A stretch of 63,859 nucleotides of DNA, filler included, from Octopus bimaculoides (Eukaryota), in NCBI RefSeq assembly GCF_001194135.2. It is 6 parts of 6 records of this genome, joined end to end, with 100 filler letters (N's around TTAATTAATTAA, not from the genome) between each part and the next. Parts side by side here need not be neighbours in the genome. Positions count along the whole stretch, not along the records: positions 19,479 to 30,831 come from NC_068983.1; positions 30,932 to 43,046 come from NC_068984.1; 4 more parts are not named here. One strand, 5' to 3'. Of the stretch, positions 25,145 through 37,277 are shown one piece after another; positions within the stretch are counted from its first letter, which is position 1, and every line of letters begins with the position of its first letter. Below the pieces are notes generated by a model. That model was not told the origin of the DNA. It was given only the letters and a program-made list of their open reading frames with translations, and ran no database searches. The position numbers and the translations under genes were made by a program.

Positions 25145-25326
25145 TATATATTAAAAATGGGGAAGGCTGGTTTATAGAATTGCCTTAGGTTTCTCGTCCA
25201 TAAAGGGTTTAGCTTTATGGCGTATCAGGTTTTTGGGATCTGACGATACGCCATAAAGTTAAAACATGTATGGACGGGAAACCTAAGGCAACCCCATAAA
25301 CAGGCCTTCCCCATTTTTAATATATA
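25145..25326. mobile_element. Foldback element/MITE with ~85-bp inverted arms
   Basis: TATATATTAAAAATGGGGAAGGC..TGCCTTAGGTTTC.CGTCCATA..CTTTATGGCGTATC is mirrored by GATACGCCATAAAG..TATGGACGGGAAACCTAAGGCA..GCCTTCCCCATTTTTAATATATA; TA-rich ends. Confidence 0.88.
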
Positions 25327-25330
25327 TATT

Positions 25331-25414
25331 CTAAAATTGGAATGATGCAGAGAAGATTAGCATGGCCCCTGCGCAAGGATGGCACGCAAATTCATGAAGC
25401 ATCCCATATTTTTT
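25331..25414 (+). pseudogene. U6: U6 snRNA pseudogene (retrocopy), lacking the 5' stem-loop
   Basis: CTAAAATTGGAATGATGCAGAGAAGATTAGCATGGCCCCTGCGCAAGGATGGCACGCAAATTCATGAAGCATCCCATATTTTTT. Six substitutions against the canonical metazoan U6 as I recall it; the ACAGAGA box reads GCAGAGA and three changes are at CpGs. Confidence 0.95.
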
Positions 25415-25758
25415 AAGCAGAGCAAATGCCAAAAATTGTGGGCCTATCTCTCTGACTTCATGCATCAGCAAAGTCATGGAACGGATAGTCAGAGGGAAAC
25501 TAATCGCATTCCTTAAAGAAAACGACTTGCTGAGTGATACCCAGCATGACTTGCGACCAGGTAGAAGCTGCCTGACCCAGCCCTTACAGCACTATGACTG
25601 GGTGTTGAAGCAGATACTCAACAACTCAAGTGTGGACACTATACCTTGGCTTTGTAAAAGTTCTTCATAAAGTGGATCATGGTATGGTATGCTACAAACT
25701 GCGTGATCTCGGCATAGCTGGAAAACTTGGAGAATGGTTACATGACTTTCTGAAAGAA
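25415..25758 (+). pseudogene. CR1-type LINE reverse transcriptase internal fragment fused to U6
   Basis: SRANAKNCGPISLTSCISKVMERIV..QHDLRPGRSCLTQPLQHYD..VDTI/..KVDHGMVCYKLRDLGIAGKLGEWLHDFLK corresponds to the NYRPISLT, QHGFR.GRSC.T and LDF.KAFDKV motifs. Confidence 0.88.
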
Positions 25759-25794
25759 ATATAGATACAGAAATCGCAAAGAGAATAAGGGCAG

Positions 25795-26310
25795 AATACA
25801 TGGCATTTAACTTAATAAAGGATTTCTCCAAACAAAGCTAGACAGTATCATACGTGTCAGGATCTTCAATAGGACCGTCCTACCTGCGCTCTTATACGCA
25901 AGTGTGACGTGGGCTACGGCGAAGAGAAAAGAACAGTGATTGGCTACGACGCAAAGGGCCAGGGACAGATCCACGCGAGGAATATCATTGAGAGAGCACC
26001 TTCAAAATGAGATAATTCAAGAACGGGTTGGAGTGAAGTACGTGATCACGGAAAGGACGTGATCAAGGAAAGGACGTGATCACAGAAAGCACAAATGCTG
26101 CTGATCCGGGTTTATCGCTAGTTTCATGGACAACAAGTGAACCCATACATTTTACGAGTGGTATATTAAAGAGATCGGAAAAGGCTAGTTGGAAGGCTTT
26201 CGTGGTGAAGGAAAGACGATCTAGTTAAGCAATTTGGGTCGAGAGGGAAAAGAATGGCGCAATCAAGGCAGAATTTAAAGCGCATTGCAACCAGCAACAG
26301 CATTTGATGT
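25795..26310 (+). pseudogene. RTE-clade LINE ORF2 C-terminal remnant
   Basis: RIFNRTVLPALLYASVTW and DDLVKQFGSRGKRMAQ; same family as 3565-3860. Confidence 0.7.
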
Positions 26311-26754
26311 ATTTGATGGCCTGGTCGATATTGTGATATGCATGTACATAAAGCAGCGAGCTAGCAGAATTATCAGCACGTTGAAGAAAATGCTTAGCCA
26401 CGTTTCTCCTGGTTTTTTACACTCTGAGCTCAAATCCCCAACAGTTTAACTTTGTTTTCATCCCTTCTGGATCGATAATATAAACTGCCAGTCAGATAAT
26501 CGACTTTTGATCGACTTGTCTCTTGAAAATTGCAGGCCTTCAACCCTGCGATGGAACGCCATCCCTTTCAATGGGAATGTTGTGATTTCGGTCACTAATA
26601 CGCCATAGGAACCAGGTAACCAGCCTTATGGTTCCTAGGAATCGAGAGAAAGAAAGAAATAGAATTCATGCATGAACGCATCTGTGTACGTATGTGTGCA
26701 TACACATACTTTTGTATTAATATATATTATGTATAGCTGGATGTACAGAGAGAC

Positions 26755-26815
<61 letters not shown>

Positions 26816-28338
26816 NNNNNNNNNNAGAGAGAGAGAGAAAGAGAGAGGGGGGTTGAAGGAGATGGAGGTAGACATGTAGAAACTAATGTAATTTCTAGCG
26901 AGAAAATTAGAAAAGATGTAAAGATGTGTTGGTAGTTTGATGAATGTACAATTAAAAAATTAATGTGCTTATATGTGTTAACTGTGTACACCCATATATG
27001 TCTATGGATACATACGAATATATACGTTCATACACACACATACAAATATATATATGCATATATACACATGCACATGTATATATATATATATATATATATA
27101 TNNNNNNNNNNNNNNNNNNNNNNNNNNNNNNNNNNNNNNNNNNNNNNNNNNNNNNNNNNNNNNNNNNNNNNNNNNNNNNNNNNNNNNNNNNNNNNNNNNN
27201 NNNNNNNNNNNNNNNNNNNNNNNNNNNNNNCACCCATATATGTCTATGGATACATACGAATATATACGTTCATACACACACATACAAATATATATATGCA
27301 TATATACATTTATGTGAGTATACAAAATGTGTGTAAAGAAAGTATAAAAAGTTTAGTCTTATATATAATAATAATGATACATCATGAGATATTTGACAGA
27401 TTAAATTTGACAGGGAAATTTCTGTTCTATAAAAACTAATGAAATATTAGACGCCTGTAAGCTGCCATGTATTAGGATCTCCGTAGACCATTGCAATTAA
27501 TAGGCAGAAGTAAATTGTGACAACATTAGATATATAACAGCTTTATAATGGTTACAAATTAGATAAGTTTACTGTCTCCAAGTTAACGTTTATTCATTGC
27601 TAGTATTTTTGGTTTTAGTGATTGATTAGAGAGATGAGCTTAAATTGGTTGGCAAATGATGGCTAATTAAAATTCATTTCTATAAATTAACTGTTTCATA
27701 ATAATAATTTCAACTTATGGTAATGTTATTTTGATTTTGAACAAAGTCATTTTACTGTTTTGCTCCTACGTCTCATTACTAATGATTTCAAACATCCCCT
27801 ATATACTCAGGAAGTGATGTATTCCTTACACAACACAGACCATCTCATGTGCTACTTTGATTTCCAAAGATTAAAGGTACGGGACAATCTTTGGTCCAGT
27901 TGCTGCATATTTCAATTGAATTTCATATTCAAATTTAGAGATGTGACAAATGCTATAATAAAAAAAGGTCACTTTGAATTAATTTTTTAATTAATCGTGT
28001 TACTATTGTTGTTTAATTCCATTTTCCCAATTTCGATGGAACAAACCCTATCGTGAAATGCACTCCACGTGACCATCCTATTTTTGGATATCTAGGATTA
28101 CGTTAAGTATCCTATAGTCATTTTTAATGATCCATCTTTAACAAACAGGAAAAATAACTGTTAAGAAACTCGTTTGCAACCAGATCGTTTCGGGTTTAGG
28201 CACCACTGAGCGGTACCTTGATAAAGTGTCTTCTGATATAACCTCAAACTAACCAGTGCTTCCAGAGTGAATTTCGTAAACAGAAAGTGTGTGGGAGATC
28301 ATAATATATATGTGTGTATGTGCGTGTATGTATGTATG

Positions 28339-28369
<31 letters not shown>

Positions 28370-28974
28370 TAACATAAATAATATATAAATATATGCATAT
28401 ATCCATACATATATGTACATACCTACATCTATATGTATATATACATGCATATATGGGTACAGGATATCACAAAAAACGTTAAACAATGAGAAACGAAAGC
28501 AAAGACGAAGACAGAAAACGAACATTTTTTCGAACAACGAAAAAAACAGAGAAACGAGACATGCAACATAAGGAATATTTCCCTTCTTCAGTTGTCCCTG
28601 TTCCATCTACTCCGCGTTACGAAGGCAAGGACAATACGCGACTTCGTTGGAACAGTCCTTCCCGCAAAGCAAATTAAATAAAATTTGGAATTTTTTTGCT
28701 GAGGGTGAAAGTGTAAGCAAGAATAGGACAATGAGAACAAGATAGTAAAAACACGACAGAACAGTGAAAACAAACGGTAAGGGCTGTTAGGCCAAGACGA
28801 CAGAAAAATTATTATTTTGAACGCTAGTTAGATGTGAAGGAGAGACAAAAATATCACGTCTTCTCTATAGGAAGGCAGGAAATAGAAAGAATCCCTTATG
28901 TATGTATATACGTATGTATATACGTAAATATGTATGCATGCATGTACGTATGTATGTAACTATGTGTGTGAGTC

Positions 28975-29170
28975 TGTGTTTTTCTTTTTGCCTGTTTGTC
29001 CTCCCCACCGCTTGACAAATGGCGCTGGTTTGTTTACGTCCCCGTAACTTAGCGGTTTAGTATAAAAGACATATAGAATAAATACCAGATTCTAAAAACG
29101 TACTGGGATCGAGTTGGTCGACTAAGCACTTCAAGTCGGTGCCCCAGCATGGCCGCATCCTATGGGTGAA
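28975..29170 (+). mobile_element. SINE family B 3' half
   Basis: GCTTGACAA..TTTACGTCCCCGTAACTTAGCGGTT..CCCCAGCATGGCCGCA. Confidence 0.8.
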
Positions 29171-29489
29171 ACGAGTTAACGATAAAACGTAATGTCGATC
29201 GCATAGATTCTCCTTCTTTGGTTCTGTCAACCCTAAATCTAAGAACACACGGGTGCTGGCATGATTGGTGATAACGTTAAGAAATGCACTTCACCGTCCT
29301 CAGGTTCCGGGTTCGATCCCTTCACACAATATCATGGTAAAGTTTTTCTTAGCAAAGCATCAAGTTCATGAGAAGCCTTCTAAGTGAAATATCACGTGAT
29401 CGACCCAGACTATCTCTTTGCATCGTCTTGGCTTTTGAATGATGCCGCCCCGCTGGTTAGCCAAGTGGCCCAACATTGCCCCCCCCCCA

Positions 29490-29637
29490 TGAGGTGACCC
29501 ATTTACAGTTGAGTGGACTGAAGCAGCGTAAAAATGAAGTATTTTGCTCAAAAATACGATGCGCAGCTAGTTTGAGAATCGAAAGCACGATCTCACGATC
29601 TCGAGAGCAGCACTCTTACCACTGAGCCACGCACCTA
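29490..29637 (-). mobile_element. SINE family D head, minus strand
   Basis: Reverse complement AGGTGCGTGGCTCAGTGGTAAGAG..TTTCGATTCTC..TTGAGCAAAATACTTCA. Confidence 0.75.
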
Positions 29638-29739
29638 GTGAAATCTAGTCAAAGAAATGAATGCAGAAACGTGTCGGATTAAATGTAACTTATGGATCGA
29701 GAGGTGCTCTTTCCTCTCCTTCGCTATCATCGGAGAATG

Positions 29740-29930
29740 AAGGAACGTGGCTTAGTGGTTAGAGTATTCGGCTCACGATCGCAAAGTGATGAGCTCGATT
29801 CCCGGCGGCGCGTCGTGTCCTTGAGTAAGACACTTTATTTCACGTTGCTCCAGTCCACTCATCTGGCAAACACGAGTTGTACTTGTATTCCAATGAGGCC
29901 AGCTTTGTCCTATTCTATGTCACACTGAAT
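29740..29930 (+). mobile_element. SINE family D head
   Basis: CGTGGCTTAGTGGTTAGAG..CTCGATTCCC..TTTCACGTTGCTCCAGTCCACTCA. Confidence 0.8.
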
Positions 29931-29944
29931 CTCCCAAGGAGCTA

Positions 29945-30358
29945 TTCTTTTATTTGCTTCAGTCAACTGACTGCGGCCATGCTGGAGCACCACCTTTAGT
30001 CGAACAAATAGACCCCAGAACTTATTCTTTGTAAGCCTAGTATTTATTCTATCGGTCTCTTTTACCGAACCGCTAAGTTACGGGGACGTAAACACACCAG
30101 CATCGGTTGTCAAGCGATGTTGGTGGGGGGGGGACAACCACAGACACACAAACACATACACACACACATACATATATATATATATACATATATACGACGG
30201 GCTTCTTTCAGTTTCCGTCTACCAAATCCACTCACAAGGCTTTGACCAGCCCGAGGCTATAGTAGAAGACACTTGCCCAAGGTGCCACGAAGTGGGACTG
30301 AACCGGGAACCATGTGGTTGGTAAGCAAGCTACTTATCTCACTCCCACGCCTGCACCT
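29945..30358 (-). mobile_element. Near full-length SINE family B
   Basis: tRNA-like head with GGTTCCCGGTTCAGTCCC, internal (TA)/(TG) microsatellite and conserved 3' end. Confidence 0.92.
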
Positions 30359-30931
30359 ATGTTAAGGATACGCGTATCTGTGAAGTACTCAGCCACTTGT
30401 GCGTCCTTTTTACGCGTAGGCTGTTCCGTTGATCGGATGAGCTGAAAGACTCGTCGTCGTGACCGACGGAAAACCAGTTTATCAGAGTTCCCTTAAAAGG
30501 TTCATGATATGTAACCTCCTTTCATTGATTATAACATAAACAGAATACCGTTAATTAAACAACTTGAAACTTAATTTTTGCCTTAGTTAAGCATTTTGAC
30601 AATTAAATTAAGCAGCTTGACAGAAACAACGTAGCTTAATTACCTTTCGACTTAATTGCTTTTTCAGCAAAAATATTTTGACAGAATAGATTTTAAAATC
30701 CTATTCCTCAGTAGATCGTCTTCAAAGTAGTTTCTGAAATGAAGAATGCTTAATGACAAATGAGTTCTGTTTATGCTGTTTGTTCCATATATATATGCAC
30801 ATATATATATATACATTTATATATGCATATANNNNNNNNNNNNNNNNNNNNNNNNNNNNNNNNNNNNNNNNNNNNTTAATTAATTAANNNNNNNNNNNNN
30901 NNNNNNNNNNNNNNNNNNNNNNNNNNNNNNN

Positions 30932-30993
<62 letters not shown>

Positions 30994-31396
30994 CATATAC
31001 ATACTACTCACACATACAAATACACGAATACATACAAACATACATGCATACACACACACACTCATATATGTATATCTATATATACATAAACATATATATG
31101 CAGGCACACACTCATACACACACACACATACACACGTATAAATATATATTGCAATAAATGTCTGTGTGTTTGTACTTCCTACTAATTCTGCATATTATGA
31201 ATCCTGTCTATATGTCATGTTGAATATATGTGGGAATTAAAGTTGTACATGTGTGTGTACACAGATTTGCATGTATTTATGTGAGGGTATATCATAATTA
31301 AAATGTTCATGTTTATATATTTATGTACCGGCATGGATATTCGGATATATAAATGCATATAAACTAGTGTGCCTATGATGTCTATCAAGACGGTTG

Positions 31397-31454
<58 letters not shown>

Positions 31455-31679
31455 CACACACACATATATATATGTACANNNNNNNNNNNNNNNNNNNNNN
31501 NNNNNNNNNNNNNNNNNNNNNNNNNNNNNNNNNNNNNNNNNNNNNNNNNNNNNNNNNNNNNNNNNNNNNNNNNNNNNNNNNNNNNNNNNNNNNNNNNNNN
31601 NNNNNNNNNNNNNNNNNNNNNNNNNNNNNNNNNNNNNNNNNNNNNNNNNNNNNNNNNNNNNNNNNNNNNNNNNNNNNNN

Positions 31680-31726
<47 letters not shown>

Positions 31727-31867
31727 TATGTATATATATATGTATATATACATATGTATATGTGTGTGTGTTCATATATATATATATATATATATATACA
31801 AATCAAAAGATAGATTGATAATTAGATAGCTAGATAGATACGAAGTCAGAGAGAGAAAGGAGAGAGG

Positions 31868-31899
<32 letters not shown>

Positions 31900-32214
31900 T
31901 GGGAGAGAGAATGTGGGAGGAAAGTAAAACAAGAGAGTGCAAGAGAACACCCTGAAAAGGTGAAAGCTCAAACCTAGTAATTTTGTTTTTCCAGAAGTTA
32001 TGTCCATTGATTGTAATATAGACCATTGGTAGTTAAACTTTGAATACTGAACACTACATATATATAATAAAAATACGATATATACATTTAACTTATACAA
32101 TACATATTTTGTTTCAAAATATCTAATGCAGCATTCATTGAAAATAGAATAATAAACCGTTTTAATGAAGGCCACAACATGGGATTTCCTGTTTGTATAT
32201 TATAATGTTTGCTG

Positions 32215-32600
32215 TGGAGGCGCAATGGCCCAGTGGTTAGGGCAGCGGACTCGCGGTCATAGGATCGCAGTTTCGATTCCCAGACCGGGCGTTGTGAGTG
32301 TTTATTGTGCGAAAAACACCTAAAGCTCCACGGGGCTCCGGCAGGGGATGCTGGCGAACCCTGCTGTACTCTTTCACCACAACTTTCTCTCACTCTTTCC
32401 TCCTATTTCTGTTGTACCTGTAATTCAAAGGGTCAGCCTTGTCACACTGTGTCACGCTGAATATCCCCGAGAACTACGTTAAGGGTACACGTGTCTGTAG
32501 AGTGCTCAGCCACTTGCACGTTAATTTCACGAGCAGGCTGTTCCATTGATCGGATCAACTGGAACCCTCGGCGTTGTAAGCGACGGAGTGCCAACAAAAA
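32215..32600 (+). mobile_element. Full-length SINE family A (tRNA-Arg-like head) with a 14-bp TSD
   Basis: A box TGGCCCAGTGG, B box AGTTTCGATTCCC. TSD ATTATAATGTTTGC at 32199-32212 and 32601-32614. Confidence 0.95.
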
Positions 32601-32699
32601 ATTATAATGTTTGCATATTACAATGTTTGCATATTATAATGTTCGCATATCATAATGTTCTTGTTGAAGACTGTGTCCAAGGTGCATTGCTGCCTGTAA

Positions 32700-33010
32700 T
32701 GACTTAAGCCTCACCGTTATTACACAGAGATACGGAGTGATGCCCGAAATGATGGTCATGGACCCGTCAGTTTTTAATGGTTGAAAGGTGGTCTCACAAT
32801 GTCAGCACTCTCAAAAATCGTTAGCAAAGGACAATGAAGTCTACAGCTGAATTGTCGGTGCCTGCAACGTTTATTATGTTTCTTCGCAACGACGTCTGCT
32901 CGAGGCTGGGTTTAAGCCTTCAAAACAAGACTATAGAATAGTTTTACGAGCATTGGTCTATGCCATGTTATATGGTGTGAGCATTGCGTTATCACCCAAG
33001 AGCCTTCATG
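32700..33010 (+). pseudogene. Possible degraded RTE LINE fragment
   Basis: TTTTACGAGCATTGGTC..ATGTTATATGGTGTGAGCATTG resembles YRA.V...LLYGCE.W; weak. Confidence 0.3.
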
Positions 33011-34137
33011 TTAAATTGTCGTACTAAGATTCATTCCAATCGGTGGAACACACCTGCTCTTTTAGCCATAGGTATATTGTTTTTCTTGAGCTTGCCCTGA
33101 TCAAGCAAGCCTATGATCAGCTGCATTCAACTCATACTCAAAATATGTAATGTATAATATAAAAAAAAAATCAATGATTTTCCTTGTTTTATGACAGTAT
33201 TCCGTGAGTCCATGGCCATTTGGCCTCTATTTCTAACACTCAGAGAGATCACGTGGTTGTACACGCGTCCTTTCAGTGGCATTTTTGTTGACTATTTGCA
33301 GAACGCTTCAACGAGAAAGTCTCTAAGACTTTTCTCGGCCGGCTAAAAATACTAGCCAAATCTCACTGAAATCATTGCCATTTGCCTTTAAAAATGAGAC
33401 GCACATATTGAATAATGTAGTCATGAAAAGACAGAAGGGTCACGGTTGGAATATATTATATGTCTGCTCGATTAGAAAGAATTGGATAGGGTTTAACAAC
33501 AGTAGCAGCAATAAAGACAGCAAAAACAATAGCAACTACAAAACCAACTGCCAGAACAAGAACGCAGAAATCATTTGGAGTTAAGTTGCCTGCACTATCA
33601 AATGTTAAACACGTATCCACAGAGAAGAGAGTCATCATACAGCTGTTCTGACCGTTTGAAATAACAGCCGAAATACTCCTAAATCATATCATTCATATTT
33701 TAAAATGTATGGATACGGTTAATCTGAGATATAGAAGGATGCAAGCTTGTGATGGCGCAAAATATTTTTAATTATGGGCCTATCGGAGCGGAGTTGACCT
33801 TGCGTTAAACCACAGCATAAACACCCATGAAACGACACGAACAAAAACAATTTTCAAACGGTAACTTGTATATTATAAACTGAATCCTCTGGAAGTATAT
33901 ACCACTACCAGTATCCGTGGAATATCTACGCATAGTTTGAAAACTGCAAATTTATAAGAAAATATGCAAATATATGCTTACATACGTATTTATCCATCAT
34001 TTTATGGAGCGGGAGCCAATTGAAAAATTCTTTAGACACGGGTTTTCTAATTCTTCTTCCTTCCAGTGAACACACACTCATTCCTATTTTCTCCCTCTCG
34101 TTTGAAGTATAACACATTTTGTTGCGCTAAATACGTT

Positions 34138-34178
<41 letters not shown>

Positions 34179-34214
34179 TTCACTCTCTCTATCTCTCTCT
34201 TTGTATTTTTCTTA

Positions 34215-34258
<44 letters not shown>

Positions 34259-34289
34259 TCTTAAACTGACTATTTCACGACATAATATA

Positions 34290-34495
34290 AAGGCAATCCC
34301 TTTCTCCTAGCTCTCCTTGCTGGTACCTTTCTCTTTCGTTTCGCCTGTCCCCTAAATTACCTATATGACAGCATCATCCATTCCACCTCGGAGATTTGGG
34401 ATATATATTAAATACATCTAATAGAGATGAAACCATATACAATTAATTACTTACGACCAGCTTTCGGTCAGAAAACAATCAGATTGTGCTGCCAA
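34290..34495. repeat. Dispersed repeat, second copy at 37095-37272
   Basis: Shared TTTC.CCTGTCCCCT..ATTAAATACATCT..GAGATG.AACC.TATACA..ACGACC.GCTTTCG..AATCAGAT.GTGCT. Confidence 0.7.
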
Positions 34496-35221
34496 TGTAA
34501 CCTCATATCATCAACTCCGACTTTTTGAACACTATTAACATACAATAAATATATATTCAAAGTAGCATTGGGGCTTTCGAAGTCCGCTAATTTTATAATT
34601 CATTATATCCTTCAAAGTCAATCCCGTATAGAATAATTGACATCGCTAGTGTTCTGGAAATTATTCTCAGTATTTATGAGCACACTGGATAGCATAAAAT
34701 GGTGTGTTCTACCTAATTACAAAATAATGTTCTTTCGACAGAATTGAATTGAAATTATCAGAAATGGTTGTCTAATATTATGTCCTATTTATCATTTTCT
34801 TTACAAAATATGTAATAGCAGCACATGTGAAAACGGAGCAGATTAAAACATGCTCTTTGCATTTCTATTCTCATTTCATCCTTATCTTATTTTTAAAATC
34901 GATTGTTTGTTGATCTTAAATTTTTAAGTATAACTAGATGGATTTACTATTTACAATTGCATGGCAATCGCAGTTAGTCAAGGCCTTTCTGCTCACTATA
35001 TGGTCTCTTAATGCACGTGTATTTAACAAGTAGCAAGTTCCTTTTGGGTACATCCTGTCAGACATGTTGTTGAGCTTCTGACTACACTTTAATTTATCGA
35101 CACTGAAAGGTGAAGCTGATAAGAGCAGAATTTGAACCCAGACAGTATACAAATGTAACTAAACACATGCAGACATCTTGTTCGACTATCTGATCTGACA
35201 ATTCCGCAATAAATTGTGGCT

Positions 35222-35400
35222 TTATATATATATAGGGAGAATTCACAAAAAAACAAAAAACAAAAGACGAAGACAGGTGGTGTAGAAAACAAACATGTAT
35301 TAGTATAACGTTCGGGAATTTAAAAACTCTTTAACATTTCGACCCTACGCTCTTCTACGGAAAGGAACACAGAAAGATATAAGGAGAAAAACAAGTAGAG
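35222..35400 (-). mobile_element. Second copy of the hammerhead-like short repeat
   Basis: Minus strand CTTT-CCGTAGA-A-GAGC-GTAG-GGTC-GAAAT-GTT-AAAG..CACCTGTCTTCGTCTTTTG..CTATATATA, homologous to 22180-22332. Confidence 0.6.
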
Positions 35401-35462
35401 AAAAAATATGTGTAGTGGTTAGCGATCTATGATGGCGAATATATCTATATATNNNNNNNNNN

Positions 35463-35526
<64 letters not shown>

Positions 35527-35534
35527 GAGGCATG

Positions 35535-35660
35535 ATTTATTCGTGATCAGAGGCGTTCGTAAACCGAAGTAGTACTGTATAAAATGAATTTGAGTAAGAC
35601 AGGAGATAAAGTACGATTTATTTGTGATCAGAGTTGTTCGAAAACCGAGGTTCTACTGTA
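35535..35660. mobile_element. Tigger/pogo-like MITE end, doubled
   Basis: ATTTATT.GTGATCAGAG..GTTCG.AAACCGA.G....ACTGTA occurs twice; inverted match to 53430-53555. Confidence 0.7.
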
Positions 35661-36132
35661 CTTTTATACCAAGAAGACAATCCAGGACTTTATATTTCCA
35701 ATCATTTACATTATTTCCTCGTACTAACTTTTAGTAGCAAAGGTATTTTGTAAACAATCTATATACCAATACCCGTATATATATATATATACCAATACCC
35801 GTATGATAGAATTGATCAAGGTAATTAACGCTTCACACGCAATACGAAATGTTTTGTACATTTTTCTATTTATATTGTACATTTTTCTATTTACTTTGCA
35901 CATTTTTCTAGTAAACAAATGTTCCGTAAGTCATTAATTAGCTTTAACAAAAGGAATAAAGTCAAAGTAACCCCTAAATTTTAGCACTCACAGATGTGTA
36001 TCGAAAGGACCTAGGTAAGTGAATTGCTTCTAATATAAGACTGGAAAAGATTCTTTTGACCTTAGAAGAATTAAAAGCAATCACTACCTCAGCAAGTTGT
36101 GGTCTCATAAAAGTCAAGGGTGGATTGTAATA

Positions 36133-36435
36133 AGACGGCTGCGTGGGGAAGAAGCTCGCTTTTAAACCACGTGGTTTCGGATTCAGTCTCACTGCAGCGC
36201 ATCGGGAGCAGGTGACTTCTACTACAGCCCGGCCAACACTTTGCAAGTGGATTTAGTAGACGGAAACTATATGGAAGTTCACTGTGTCTGTATATATATA
36301 GGCGCAGGTGTGGTTGTGTGGTAAAAAGCCGGCTTCCCAACCACATGGTTCGGGGTTCAGTGTCTTCTACTATAGGCTTGGGCCGATCAAAGCATTGTCA
36401 ATGGATTTGGTAGGAGGCTGAAAAAAGCCCGTCGC

Positions 36436-36474
<39 letters not shown>

Positions 36475-36619
36475 CGTGCGTGTTTGTGTCTGTGTCTATA
36501 CTCCTTCACCGCTTGACAAACGGTGTTGGTGTTTTTGTCCCTGTAACTTAGCGGGTCGGCAAAACAGACAAATTGAATAACTATTAAGACTTAAGAAATA
36601 CTCTTCAAGTAAAAGTAAA

Positions 36620-36664
<45 letters not shown>

Positions 36665-36900
36665 CTACACACATGCACACATATATACGAATGTGTGTTC
36701 GTCTTTGTGTTTGACTCTCACCGCTTGACAAGCGGCGCTGATTTGTTTATGTCCATATCACTTAGCAGTTTGGCCCAAGTTATCAATAGAATAAATACCA
36801 GACATGAAAAACGAAAAAGAAAAATATAAATGTCAAGTTGCTCGACTTAACCCTTCAATCTGGTGCTCCTGTATGATCGCAGTCTAATAACTTTAAAAAG
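36133..36900 (+). mobile_element. Cluster of SINE family B pieces (degraded head, full copy, extra 3' part)
   Basis: Heads at ~36133 and 36300; the GCTTGACAA central motif occurs at 36511 and 36723. Confidence 0.8.
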
Positions 36901-37277
36901 GGAAGAGGAAAAGGATAAGCCAATGAAGCGGAAGCCTTATCGGGGTCGTCCTTTTGCTAAAAATAGCAGCCAGATTATCCTCAAATCGCACATTACATGT
37001 TCGTCTTAAATTTTGGCTTTAAATTTCGGGAAGTGGGGTAAGTCGACCGCAGTGCTCAAATGGTACTTATTTTAGTTTATGATATAACATAAAACAATCT
37101 CTTTCTCCTATCTCTCACTTCTGACACTCTTCTCTCTCGTTTCACCTGTCCCCTCAGCATTACACATATAGCCCCAAAGGTTTTGGAGATAGATTAAATA
37201 CATCTGAGATGCAACCGTATACAGTTAAATATTCACGACCCGCTTTCGATCTGAAACAAAATCAGATAGTGCTCCCT

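Noticed and set aside
25331-25414. Functional U6 gene; also the idea that its two A>G changes record A-to-I editing
   Set aside because: The 5' stem-loop is missing, the ACAGAGA box is mutated and no upstream promoter is recognisable. Two A>G among six changes cannot be told apart from ordinary transitions.
26989-27310. Exact ~78-bp direct repeat on both sides of a gap
   Set aside because: Most likely overlapping contig ends left unmerged.
28440-28880. Possible hammerhead core CTGAAGA on the minus strand of a pLTR-like repeat
   Set aside because: No GAAA follows a closing stem II, so the fold cannot be completed in this copy.
32215-32290. tRNA-like sequences with A and B boxes
   Set aside because: They are SINE heads continuing into conserved SINE bodies with TSDs, not tRNA genes.
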